From NCBI GenBank assembly GCA_951406725.2, contig OX597840.1, forward strand, positions 25,606,001-25,670,000: a stretch of 64,000 nucleotides of DNA. Direction: 5' to 3'. Source of the stretch: Octopus vulgaris (Eukaryota). This document shows positions 53,753 through 64,000 of the stretch, in pieces. The notes under the pieces are model-generated. The model saw only the letters and a program-made list of their open reading frames with translations, did no database searches and was not told where the DNA came from. Made by a program: the position numbers and the translations under genes. How positions within the stretch are numbered: the stretch's first letter is position 1; each line of letters starts with the position of its first letter.

Positions 53753-54892
53753 ATGGAGGACGGTAATCTGTCAGACACTTCTAACACAGATATTTCTGAC
53801 AATTTAGAATCGGTTAAACAGATATCCAGTGCTGAGGAATCGTTATCACATGGTAAGAAGCTGTTGGAGAGAAATATTAATTGTGAAATTTATGGTGAAT
53901 CTTTTGTAAATTCCAGTAATTTAAACAGACACACGGGGAAAAAACCATTTCAATGTGAGATTTGTGGAAAATCGTTGCATCATAAATATCAGCTTGTTGT
54001 CCACAGACGTAGCCACACGGGGGAGAAACCCTTTCACTGTGATATATGTGGAAAAACTTTTGCTGTTAAAAGTACTTTAAATGCTCACAAACAGTTACAC
54101 ACTAGAAAGAAAAATTTCCGCTGTAAAATATGTGGAAAGTCTTATACTCAGAACTGTCAACTCGTTTACCATATCCGTACTCACACTGGAGAAAGGCCAT
54201 TCCATTGCGAAATATGTGGAAAATATTTCTTCACAAACTGTCGATTAAAAAAGCACAAAAAGATTCATTCTGGGAAAAAGGAATTTAAATGTGAAATCTG
54301 TGGGAAATTTTTTTTGGATAATTCTCAACTTATTGTTCACAAAAAAACCCACACTGGGGAAAAACCATTCCACTGTGAAATTTGTGGGAAATGTTTTATG
54401 AATAATTTTCGACTTGTTGCCCACAAAAGGGTCCACACAGGTGAGAAACCTTTCTTTTGTGATCTTTGTGGGAAATCTTACTTCTCGAATGCTAATTTAA
54501 AAAGACATAAACTCCAACACATCGGGAAAAAAGAATTCCATTGTGAGACATGTGGTAAATCTTATTTCAATAACAGTGAATTGAAAAGGCATCGGAGGAA
54601 ACATGTAGGAGAAAAAACATTTCACTGTGAAATCTGTGGGAAATCTTTCTTTGATAATTGTAACCTTATTGCCCACATCCGTAGTCACACAGGAGAAAAG
54701 CCCTATCGTTGTGAAATGTGTGATAAATCCTTTGTCTGTAAAGGGGACTTGAACACACACAGACGGAGACATACTGGGGAAAAGCCTTATTGTTGTGAAA
54801 CATGTGGCAAATCTTTTGTGTGTAAAAGTGCATTGACTAAACACAAACGAACCCACACTGTAGGCAAGGCTTGGAATAATAAAGGACTTTGA
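53753..54892 (+). CDS. C2H2 zinc-finger protein, family B, 11 fingers
   Basis: Intact ORF from ATG 53753 with the same MEDGN N-terminus, diverged helices and a different C-terminus. Confidence 0.88.
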   Translation: MEDGNLSDTSNTDISDNLESVKQISSAEESLSHGKKLLERNINCEIYGESFVNSSNLNRHTGKKPFQCEICGKSLHHKYQLVVHRRSHTGEKPFHCDICGKTFAVKSTLNAHKQLHTRKKNFRCKICGKSYTQNCQLVYHIRTHTGERPFHCEICGKYFFTNCRLKKHKKIHSGKKEFKCEICGKFFLDNSQLIVHKKTHTGEKPFHCEICGKCFMNNFRLVAHKRVHTGEKPFFCDLCGKSYFSNANLKRHKLQHIGKKEFHCETCGKSYFNNSELKRHRRKHVGEKTFHCEICGKSFFDNCNLIAHIRSHTGEKPYRCEMCDKSFVCKGDLNTHRRRHTGEKPYCCETCGKSFVCKSALTKHKRTHTVGKAWNNKGL

Positions 54893-54970
54893 ATAATGTG
54901 TCTGTGAGTATGTGTGTAAATATTCACACACACACATACACAAGCGTATGCTGAAATTTCCTGACTTTAA

Positions 54971-55432
54971 CCCTTTCATTACTGTATATATTTTGAGATG
55001 CTCTGTGTTTCTTTCAATTACTTTAAATGTAACAAAGAATTTAGTAAAATAACTTAGTTATCTTTAAGCTAGTGTTAGGAACATAAATTGTGACTAAGGT
55101 TTGGTGGAAGATTTTAATTCAGAACTTTTGAAAACAAGACATTTGTACTACAGAGCCAGAGGTGCTTTCAGGTGGGTTGGTATCAAAAGGGTTAAATTTA
55201 TCATTTGTTAACCCTTTTGTTACCATATTTCTGTTTAGATGCTCTGTGTTTTTTTCAATTATTTTTAAATATAACAAAGAAAAAAATAAGATATCTTAAT
55301 TGTCATTAAGCTAGTGTTAGGAACATTAATTGTGACTAAGGTTTGGTGGAAGATTTTAATTTAAAACTTATGAAAACAAGATATTTGTACTACAGAGCCA
55401 GAGTCGGTTTCAGCCGGGTTGGTAACAAAAGG
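54971..55432. mobile_element. Two tandem piggyBac-like MITEs inserted at TTAA inside the mariner relic
   Basis: cctgactTTAA|ccct...aggg|TTAAgagtatca, versus the empty site cctggctTTAAgggtatca at ~34025. Confidence 0.85.
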
Positions 55433-55723
55433 GTTAAGAGTATCATGAAAGGACTAGTTGAGGGCCCAACCTTGCAAGTTCTTTTACAGGGCTTAGAAAA
55501 GCTGAAGGACCACTGCAATAATTGTGTGTATCTGAGAAGGGAATATGTTCAATAAAATCGTAATTAACTGATCCTGTATTTTCTTGTACCTAGGGCTTCA
55601 TTTCCACACATGCCAGCTTAATTTAATTCGTCCTTCGTCAAAAGACACCTGTTGTTAATATCCTTTATTTGCATTTGTATTTGTGTACCATTTCTCCGTT
55701 TTTTCCGTCCTTGTTTTCTTACA

Positions 55724-55870
55724 CATTCGCTGTTTTCTTCCAAGGAATCTAGTGCTCTTACCTTAGTTTATCCTTGGGGCTGGCCAGATTGGACCAATCT
55801 CGAATATAACCAGCCGAAATTGCAAAGATAATCTGGAACTCAACTGAAGAAAGAAAACTCCGAATGACCC
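55724..55870 (+). ncRNA. Diverged relative of the array's hammerhead-like structured element (within a TA-flanked repeat ~55600-55975)
   Basis: Helices CATTCG/CGAATG, GTTTTCTT/AAGAAAAC, CCAAGGA/TCCTTGG and GGCTGG/CCAGCC. GAAA 55816-55819, ATTG/TAAT stem, AUC triplet, CTGAAGA 55844-55850, then GAATGACCCGT. Confidence 0.45.
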
Positions 55871-55971
55871 GTCCCTTTTTTTTTCTATCGTCTGTCTGTA
55901 TGTTTTGTTGTCCCTTTTTTGTATCATCTAACAGTCTGGATGTTTTGCGTTCTTGTCTCATTTTTGGTACT

Positions 55972-56028
<57 letters not shown>

Positions 56029-56289
56029 TGTATGTATGTAAGTATGTATGTATATATATATGTATGTGTATATATATATATATACACACACACACTAGTT
56101 GAGTTCGAGAAGGTTCCAGGAATAATAAAATGATGATGATGATATTGTGATTGTTGTGACCCCCTTCGGTCAGACACTGACTATGGGCTTGCACCTAGAG
56201 AGTTACCCTCTGAGGCACAAGTCTGGGCAAGGTTATTTTTTTTTTTATGGAAGACCAGCAGTCGCCCATGCATACCGGCCTCCACTCTC

Positions 56290-56502
56290 CACGCCACCAG
56301 TGTCATCCAAGGGAAAGGCAAAGAGGCCGATACAGCTTGGCACCTGTGACGTCGCAACTCATTTCTACAGCTGAGTAAACTGGAGCAACGAGAAGTAAAG
56401 CATCTTGCTCAAGAACACAACACGCAGCCTGGTCTGGAATTTGAGCTCACAACCTCACAATCGTAAGCACGACGCTCTAACCACTGAGCCACATGCCTTC
56501 AC
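56290..56502 (-). mobile_element. tRNA-derived SINE (further family)
   Basis: Minus strand gtgaaggcatgtggctcagtggttagagcg... has an A-box, a degenerate B-box and a ttgtgttcttgagcaag central motif. Confidence 0.7.
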
Positions 56503-56595
56503 TGATGATGATATATATATATATATATATATTCAAAATGTGACCGAGTGTGTACCGTTGGCATTTTTTTTTTCCCCTGTCTTCCCTTCTCCTAT

Positions 56596-56630
56596 GTTTC
56601 CAACGAAGAGCTCCGCTCGAAACGTTAAAC
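56596..56630 (+). ncRNA. Degenerate Penelope-type minimal hammerhead ribozyme (in a TA-flanked element ~56533-56725)
   Basis: GTTT-CCAACGA-A-GAGC-TCC-GCTC-GAAA-CG-TT-AAAC: stem I GTTT/AAAC, stem II GAGC/GCTC, palindromic AACGTT stem III. The core differs from CUGANGA at two positions. Confidence 0.6.
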
Positions 56631-57685
56631 CCTCCTTCTTTCCTGAGCGTCCAATAATACTATATTTTTTCCACATCCTCGCGTTGATGTGTTTTTTTGT
56701 GCTTTCTTGTTTGGATTAACTTTAACTATATATATATATATATTGGGGTACATTTTTCATGGTGAAATATGTTGGAAATCATTTTCTTTGAGTCCTCAAC
56801 ATTCAGGCTAAAAATCTGCTCGTATTTGAGAGAAGCTGTTTTAGAAAAGCATTTGGAAATTATAAATATGTGAATACAGACTGGAGAAAATAAAATCATT
56901 CTTCTGAAATTCTCGAAATATCTTTCTCTGTTTTATTCAAGTTGGGCACAATCCGAGCTGTGGGTGTTAGATTTGCATTAGTTAGGTATGGTTTCAGATT
57001 GTAATATGTGAATGTGCATTTAGCTGCATGCGGGCACCTGGGTAAGATTTCTCTTCAGTGTTATTTATCACAACAATTTCTTACAGAGACACAATTCTAT
57101 TAAATATGATTGGAAAACCACACAAATTTATACAAGAGGCAAATATTATTATTGAGGTGATTTGTTGAAAATATTCTCTAGAAATAAGGGACAAATTCCT
57201 GAGAAATATTTTATCAGACATTATTTATCAATATCTAGGCACAGGAATGGCTGTGTGGTAAGAAGCTTGCTTCTCAACTACATGGATCCAGGTTGAGTTC
57301 TGCTGCATGGCACCTTGGGTGAGTGTTTTCTGCTATAACCTTGGGCTGACCAAAGCCTTATGAGTGGAATTGGTAGACAGAAACTAAAAAAAGCCCATCG
57401 TATATATATATATATTTATACTACAAAATTAGAAAATGGAGAAATATACTTAAATCAATCAAATATCAACCATCAGATGATACCCAATCAATACTTTATT
57501 ACACAATTACATAACAGTAAAGGCATTATACAAAATATATAGTAAATATAATTAGACAAGGAAATAGAAATATAAAATATAAAATATAATATATAATTAT
57601 ATCATATCTGATTGGATATATGTTATCCCATGGTGGGTTGAATTTTCAACCCCTATCTCATTTTATATATATTTATATATATTAC

Positions 57686-57983
57686 CATGACCGACCAGGC
57701 TATCAGATGTTGCTACACATCGCTGGTCACAATGCGCTTCACATTGGTTTTTAGCCTTCAAATGACGCCACCCCACTGGCTAAGCGAGCAGGCCAACAGA
57801 AGAAAGAGTGAGAGAAAGTTGTGGCAAAAGAGTACAGCAGGGATCGCCACCACCCCCTGCTGGAGCCTCGTGGAGCTTTAGGTGTTTTCGCTCAATAAAC
57901 ACTCACAACGCCCAATCTGGGAATTGAAACCGTGATCCTACGACTGCGAGTCCGCTGTCCTAACCACTGGGCCATTGCACCTC
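57686..57983 (-). mobile_element. tRNA-derived SINE type 3
   Basis: Reverse complement head ggaggtgcaatggcccagtggttaggacagcggactcgcagtcg, the same head as 60263. Confidence 0.8.
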
Positions 57984-57993
57984 CACATATTTA

Positions 57994-58082
<89 letters not shown>

Positions 58083-58099
58083 GCGTGTGTGTGTGTGTC

Positions 58100-59262
58100 T
58101 GTGATTATCCCCCCATCATCACTTGATAACCAGTGTTGGTGTGTTTATGTCCCTGTCATTTAGCAGTTCAGCAAGAAAGACTGATAAAAGTACCTGGCTT
58201 AAAAGGTAAGTACTGGGGTTGAGTTATTTGACTAAAAATTCAAGTGGTGCCCCAGCATGGCCACAGTCTAATGACTGAAAAAAGTAAAAGATAAAAGATG
58301 TGATAAAAAATATTACACATATATATACTCTTTACTCTTTTACTTGTTTCAGTCATTTGACTGCGGCCATGCTGGAGCACCACTTTTACTCGAGCAAATC
58401 AACCCCAGGACTTATTCTTTGTAAGCCCAGTACTTATTCTATCGGTCTCTTTTGCCGAACCACTAAGTGACGGGGACATAAACGCACCAGCATCGGTTGT
58501 CAAGCAATGCTAGGGGGACAAACACACACACGCATATATATATATATGGCAAGCTGGCAGAAACATTAGCACGCCGGGCGAAATGCGTAGCCATATTTCG
58601 TCTGCCGCAATGTTCTGAGTTCAAATTCCGCCGAGGTTGACTTTGCCTTTCATCCTTTCGGAGTCGATAAATTAAGTACCAGTTACACACTAGGGTTGAT
58701 GGAATCGACTTAATCGCTTTGTCTGTCCTTGTTTGTACCCTCTGTGTTTAGCCCCTTGTGGGTAGTAAAGAAATATATATATATATATATATGATATATA
58801 TCTATTCAGTTTCCATCTACCAAATCCACTCACAAGGCTTTGGTCGGCCCGAGGCTATAGTAGAAGACACTTGCCCAAGTTGCCACGCAGTGGGAATGAA
58901 CCCAGAACCATGTGGTTGGTAAACAAGCTACTTACCACACAGCCACTCCTGCACCTATATATATATATGTTTTATTTCTAAAATTGTGCTGCCGTGGTGG
59001 AAAGGTTAAACTCCCTGCAATCTGCCAACCTCCAGAACTGCTGTCTTCAACTGACCAAGATTCCAAGCGCTTCTAAAACAAAATTAGTCAAGACATAGGT
59101 GTAGGAGTGGCTGTGTGGTAAGTAGCTTGCTAACCAACCACATGGTTCCGGGTTCAGTCCCACTGCATGGCACCTTGAGCAAGTGTCTTCAGCTATAGCC
59201 TCAGGCCGACCAAAGCCTTGTGAGTGGATTTGGTAGATGGAAACTGAAAGAAGCCTGTCGTA

Positions 59263-59300
<38 letters not shown>

Positions 59301-59693
59301 TGCAAGAGTGGCTGTGTGGTAAGTAGCTTGCTTACCGACCACATGGATCCGGGTTCAGTCCCACTATGTGGTACCTTGGGCAAGTGTCTTCTACTATAGC
59401 CTCGGACAGACCAAAGCCTTGTGAGTGGATTTGGTAGACGGAAACTGAAAGAAGCCCATCATATATATGTATATGTATGTGTATATATTTGTGTGTCTGT
59501 GTTTATCCCCCCAACATCGCTCGACAACCTATGCTGGTGTGTTTACGTCCCTGTAACTTAGCGGTTCGGCAAAAAGAGACCGATAGAATAAGTACTAGGC
59601 TTACAAAGCATAAGTCCTGGGGGTCGATTTGCTCGGCTAAAAGGCGGTGCTCCAGCATGGCCACAGTCAAATGACTGAAACAAGTAAAAGAGT
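58100..59693. mobile_element. Cluster of SINE type 1 and type 2 copies in both orientations
   Basis: Type 1 at ~58100-58300, 58328-58530 (-), 58805-58955 (-), 59098-59260 and 59299-59693; type 2 at ~58548-58775. Confidence 0.8.
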
Positions 59694-60262
59694 AATACAA
59701 CGCTGCAATACAGATGACATTTGGAGCCACAAGAGATTTAACTGAGCCAGGATTCGTGCAAACAATCAAGATCCACTGAAACTGCTACGAATTTTGGTAA
59801 CATGGGTGATGTCAAGGAGTGTTGCTCGTAATTACCAAACGTAGAACTGAATAAAGTTAGATTTTCGAAAAGCAAAAAATGTTTTGTGACGTATATTTGC
59901 CTACAAACTACAGTAGCATCCACCCTTAGGGGTTAGCCATATTTAAATGGCAAATATACGCCACGATGTGTTGCAGCAACTGTTTATAAGTCGCTCTAAG
60001 ATTTACTATTGCTTAAAAAATGTTTTTTCTTTCATTAAAAAATATTTCATTGTCATCTACAGGGAAATAACGGCATAGTTTCGCCATAACGGCATAGTTT
60101 CGCCGAAATGGCAATAAAAGTTTTTTACGGAAATCGACGGAAATCGACGGAAATCTGCGCTACGACATGCGAAACTTCGCCGAAATGACTCCATTTGAAT
60201 TGTTCCACTTGATTTCTGTACTTGGTTGATTAAGTGTGAAAATAACGGGAATACTGTTTAGG

Positions 60263-60648
60263 CGTGGAGACGCAATGACCCAGTGGTTAGGGCAGCGGAC
60301 TCGCGGTCATAGGATCGCGGTTTCGATTCCCAGACCGGGCGTTGTGAGTGTTTATTGAGCGAAAACACCTAAAGCTCCACGAGGCTCCGGCAGGGGATGG
60401 TGGTGATCCCTGCTGTACTCTTTCACCACAACTTTCTCTCACTCTTACTTCCTGTGTCTGTTGTACCTGTATTTCAAAGGGCCGGCCTTGTCACTCTCTG
60501 TGTCACGCTGAATATCCCCGAGAACTACGTTAAGGGTGCACGTGTCTGTGGAGTGCTCAGCCACTTACACGTTAATTTCACGAGCAGGCTGTTCCGTTGA
60601 TTCAGATCAACCGGAACCCTCATCGTCGTAACCAACGGAGTGCTTCCA
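60263..60648 (+). mobile_element. tRNA-derived SINE type 3 flanked by a 36-bp direct repeat
   Basis: A-box tgacccagtgg and B-box gtttcgattcc. Flanks 60227-60262 and 60649-60684 are identical except for 1 nt. Confidence 0.85.
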
Positions 60649-60795
60649 TGATTAAGTGTGCAAATAACGGGAATACTGTTTAGGAAATGTATTTTATCTT
60701 TAAAAGGCGAGATATAGTCATAAGTGGAAGGGATGGGAGACCTAATTCTCTTTTCACAGCCAGTAGATCAGAAATTAAACACATACAAAGAAATA

Positions 60796-60960
60796 GGCGC
60801 AGGAGTGGCTGTGTGGTAAGTAGCTTGTTTACCAACCACATGGTTCCGGGTTCAGTCCCACTGCGTGGCATCTTGGGCAAGTGTCTTCTATTATAGCCTC
60901 GGGCCGACCAAAGTGGATTTGGTAGACGGAAACTGAAAGAAGCCCGTCGTATATATGTCA

Positions 60961-60992
<32 letters not shown>

Positions 60993-61209
60993 CTGTGTTT
61001 GTCCCCCCCCCCCAACATCGCTTGATATCCGATGCTGGTGTGTTTACGTCCCTGTAACTTAGCGGTTCGGCAAAAAGAGACCGATAGAATAAGTACTGGG
61101 CTTACAAAAAGAATAAGTCCCGGGGCCGATTTGCTCGACTAAAGGCAGTGCTCCTGCATGGCCGCAGTCAAATGACTGAAACAAGTAAAAGAGTAAAGAG
61201 TAAAAGAGT
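60796..61209 (+). mobile_element. SINE type 1, full length
   Basis: ggcgcaggagtggctgtgtgg...gtaaaagagtaaagagtaaaagag. Confidence 0.88.
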
Positions 61210-61339
61210 GACCCCCCCCCCCATATATAAAAAAAAACAACACTTTTTTTAAATGTATCTGGTACTTCCGGAAATACACCGGTACTTATACCGTAACATC
61301 GCCAACGAAGATTGACTGGTGAAAGCCCAAGTTATCAAT

Positions 61340-61630
61340 TGTGAAGAATTGATTTCTTTTCAGGCAAGCCAGGTTGGCTTTTGTATTCACCCTTTTTGCT
61401 GTTCCTAATTGCAAATCGACACCGTTTAATGTCACTTTTTCCCGCAATAATTGTTTACTTTGTTTACGTTTCTTTGATTTCCGATCGGCCGAGATATTAA
61501 GGGAGAAAAGGGATCGATACCATTGATTGCCTTTCTCGTAGTGTTAAATGATGTTTAGGGACATTTGACTCCTGCGACCAGAAATCATTGAAGCGAGAGA
61601 AAATTTTATGAACGACACGGCCACCCTGGG
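61340..61630 (+). promoter_or_regulatory. Promoter/exon 1 of a probable fourth ZNF-B gene (coding exon outside the window)
   Basis: Near-identical to 35680-35956; donor GTAAGT at 61631. Confidence 0.55.
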
Positions 61631-62809
61631 GTAAGTTTCGGGTAGATTAATTATATCAGACTGATGTCGCATTTGTCTTGTCTTTAAAAGCCAAACTTCA
61701 GGAATTTAGCTTTTCTTTTTCTTTTGGTTGGCTTCGTAATGACCAGGTTATGGCTTTTGTTTTCTCATTTGGATGGGTGTAGAATGGGACTTTGGCTTTT
61801 TATCTTCTTTAAATCATAGGAGGAATTACAACCGTGCTTCGTGGTCTGCTACCACAACAGCTCCTTTATAGGATCCAGTTAGCTCAAGACATCATCAGGA
61901 GGAACCACGTCTGGTTTCGGCCCCTACTCCTCCAACGTTTTGACGTGGCGGGGCCCCCCCTTTCGGAGGTGTCTTCAGCTCTGCTGTTGGGTGCATGTCT
62001 TCTTTCTTCTTCTTTCTTCTGTTCCCTAGCCTCTTCGGTTTCGGCCCCTACTCCTCTACGTTTTGACGTGGCGGGGCCCACCCTTTCGGAGGTGTCTTCA
62101 TCTCTGGTGTTGGGTACACGTCTTCTTTCTTCTTCTTTCTTCTGTTCCCTGGCCTCTTCGATGTTTCGTCAGCGAGTGTCAGCCGGTGACTGACTGTCTT
62201 GTCGAATTTCTCCCTTTAAATTCGACAAGACTTGTACCGTATGAAGAACACTCCTTTCACTCATCATTTCGAACTGTGTATATATGACCACAGACATTTC
62301 CCCACTTCCAAACAGACTAAACACGCAGCTGCACACGTCGGCGCTGACGTGGTTGTGGTAAAAATCTTGCTTCCCAACCACATAGTTCTGCGTCCCACTG
62401 CGAGTTACCTTGGGTATGTGTCTTCTACTAATGATCTGAGCCGACCAAAGCCTTGCGAGTGGATTTAATTATATATATATATATATAGGTGTGCATGTGT
62501 TTATGTATACATGTAGATAGATACATAAATAGAGAGATAAATAGATAGATAGATGGATATATCCATCTATTTACAGATAAATGAATAATTTTCTTTCTAC
62601 GAATAGCAGTGCTATTTTGTTACATAGCTGCACACATGGTCGTGTAGTAAAACGCTTGTTTCCCAACCACACGGTTCTGCGTTCAGTCCCACTGCGTGTT
62701 ACCTTGGGTATGTGTCTTCTACTAATGTTCTGAGCCGACCAAAGCCTTGTGAGTGGATTTAATTGACGGAAACTGAGAGAAGTTTATCACATGTTTACTT
62801 GAGTTTAAT

Positions 62810-63365
62810 AAAAACTCGTTTGAAACAGCAACCTTGTGAAGCAATTACACCAGTCCCAGCATTCCAGTTACTTTTGGAATTTGGCCTGGAAGTCGTTTTC
62901 CGTAAGCGAGTCAAGGACCTTTTATGATTCACTCTGGATCTCGGTAACAAAATTAAATCGACGACCTTTGAGCTGCATTTTCATCTTGGTGAAAAGATGG
63001 ATGTCTGTATGTGCTAAATCTGGCGAATAGGGTAAGGTGCAGACGCAACACCATGTTGTTTTTAGCGAGAAGCACATGAATGAGGAGAGCTTGGTGACAG
63101 GGTGTATTGTCGTCATGAAGAATTCAATTCTTCTCGCTCCACATACCCAACGTCCACCCGGAAATGCTTCAAAACATCGCAGTAGAGCTCTCGACTGACA
63201 GACCTCCAGGGACGTTCCTCCGTTTTTGAAGCACCCTTGCCACCCGAAACATTGGTGCATGTCACTTTGCCTCGTTGTCCTAAACTTGCTGAAGCATGTT
63301 CAATGTCTGTGTGGCAGACTTCCCAAGTTTAGCGCAAAATTTCACGTTGGCTCTGTGTTCCTGTC
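62810..63365 (-). mobile_element. Mariner transposase relic (internally deleted)
   Basis: PYSPDLAHTDIHLFTKMKMQLKGRRF (YSPDLAP.D motif) and N-terminal VKFCAKLGKSATQTLNML. Confidence 0.88.
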
Positions 63366-63374
63366 CAAGCTACA

Positions 63375-63813
63375 GCATACTCCAACGTCTGGCAGCTGAC
63401 TTGGCAGACACCCATAAAATTATCAACCATCTTACAAACAATAACTCTGAGCACCTTTTCAAACTCCACCCGTCTAACACCCGTGGACATGTTTACAAAG
63501 TCAGAAAACAGCACAGCTCCTTCCATGACTTCAGGAAACATTTTTTCACGCTGAGAGTTGCTGAAGCATGGAACAAACTGCGGGCATCGGTTGTTAGTTG
63601 TCGGAGCACTGCATCCTTCAAAACTTCCATGCTTTCTGAGATTCGCCAACACTACACCTGATTTTCTCCCCTCCATACACATGCAAGCATCTATCTGACT
63701 CATACACTGTTCGCTTCCCAGACATTTGTACATTACTGCATATGCTTTATATGCACTTTTGACAAGTTGTGGTGCACCTGAGCACTGTATACAATAATTT
63801 CATTATTATTATT
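63375..63813 (+). mobile_element. CR1/L2-type LINE 3' end with (ATT)n tail
   Basis: LQRLAADLADTHKII...NTRGHVYKVRKQ...RKHFFTLRVAEAWNKL...VV...S.ASFK, then 3' UTR and attattattatta. Confidence 0.85.
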
Positions 63814-64000
63814 ATACACGTGATCACAAAAACCCAAGTTTCACAACTTGCGAAGTAAACACATGATTCTTTGTTCCCCATAAAGGGTTTGCATAGAGGG
63901 GACAGCACAACATGATTTTGGTGTCATTTGATACAAAATGATGATTAAAAATTTATAAATTTATATAGGCGCAGGAGTGGCTGTGTGGTAAGTAGCTTGC

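Noticed and set aside
60266-60340. tRNA genes at SINE heads
   Set aside because: A/B boxes run into SINE bodies and tails, and acceptor stems are incomplete.

Overview
AT-rich, microsatellite-rich animal genomic DNA. The tRNA-derived SINE families, long (TA)n/(TG)n tracts and tandem C2H2 zinc-finger genes indicate a cephalopod, most likely Octopus (inference). (1) 1-14,000 is a tandem array of a ~1.33 kb unit (10 full units plus partial ends). Each unit carries two copies of a ~190 bp structured element whose + strand has hammerhead-ribozyme core segments in permuted order (GAAA-stem-GUA-stem-CUGAAGA). A diverged relative with covarying helices lies at ~55.7-55.9 kb, and a separate degenerate Penelope-type minimal hammerhead lies at ~56.6 kb. 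(2) 14,000-32,100 holds three segmental copies of C2H2-ZNF family A: a scrambled copy, a 10-finger ORF, and a 27-finger minisatellite-like ORF with a 3-finger higher-order repeat. (3) 32,600-64,000 holds ZNF family B: one broken copy, genes of ~17, 14 and 11 fingers, and the promoter/first exon of a probable further copy. Interspersed are SINEs, RTE and CR1/L2 LINE fragments, Helitron, MULE and mariner relics, and hAT-, piggyBac-, Merlin- and Tc1-like MITEs. Most other ORFs in the track are microsatellite or antisense artefacts.
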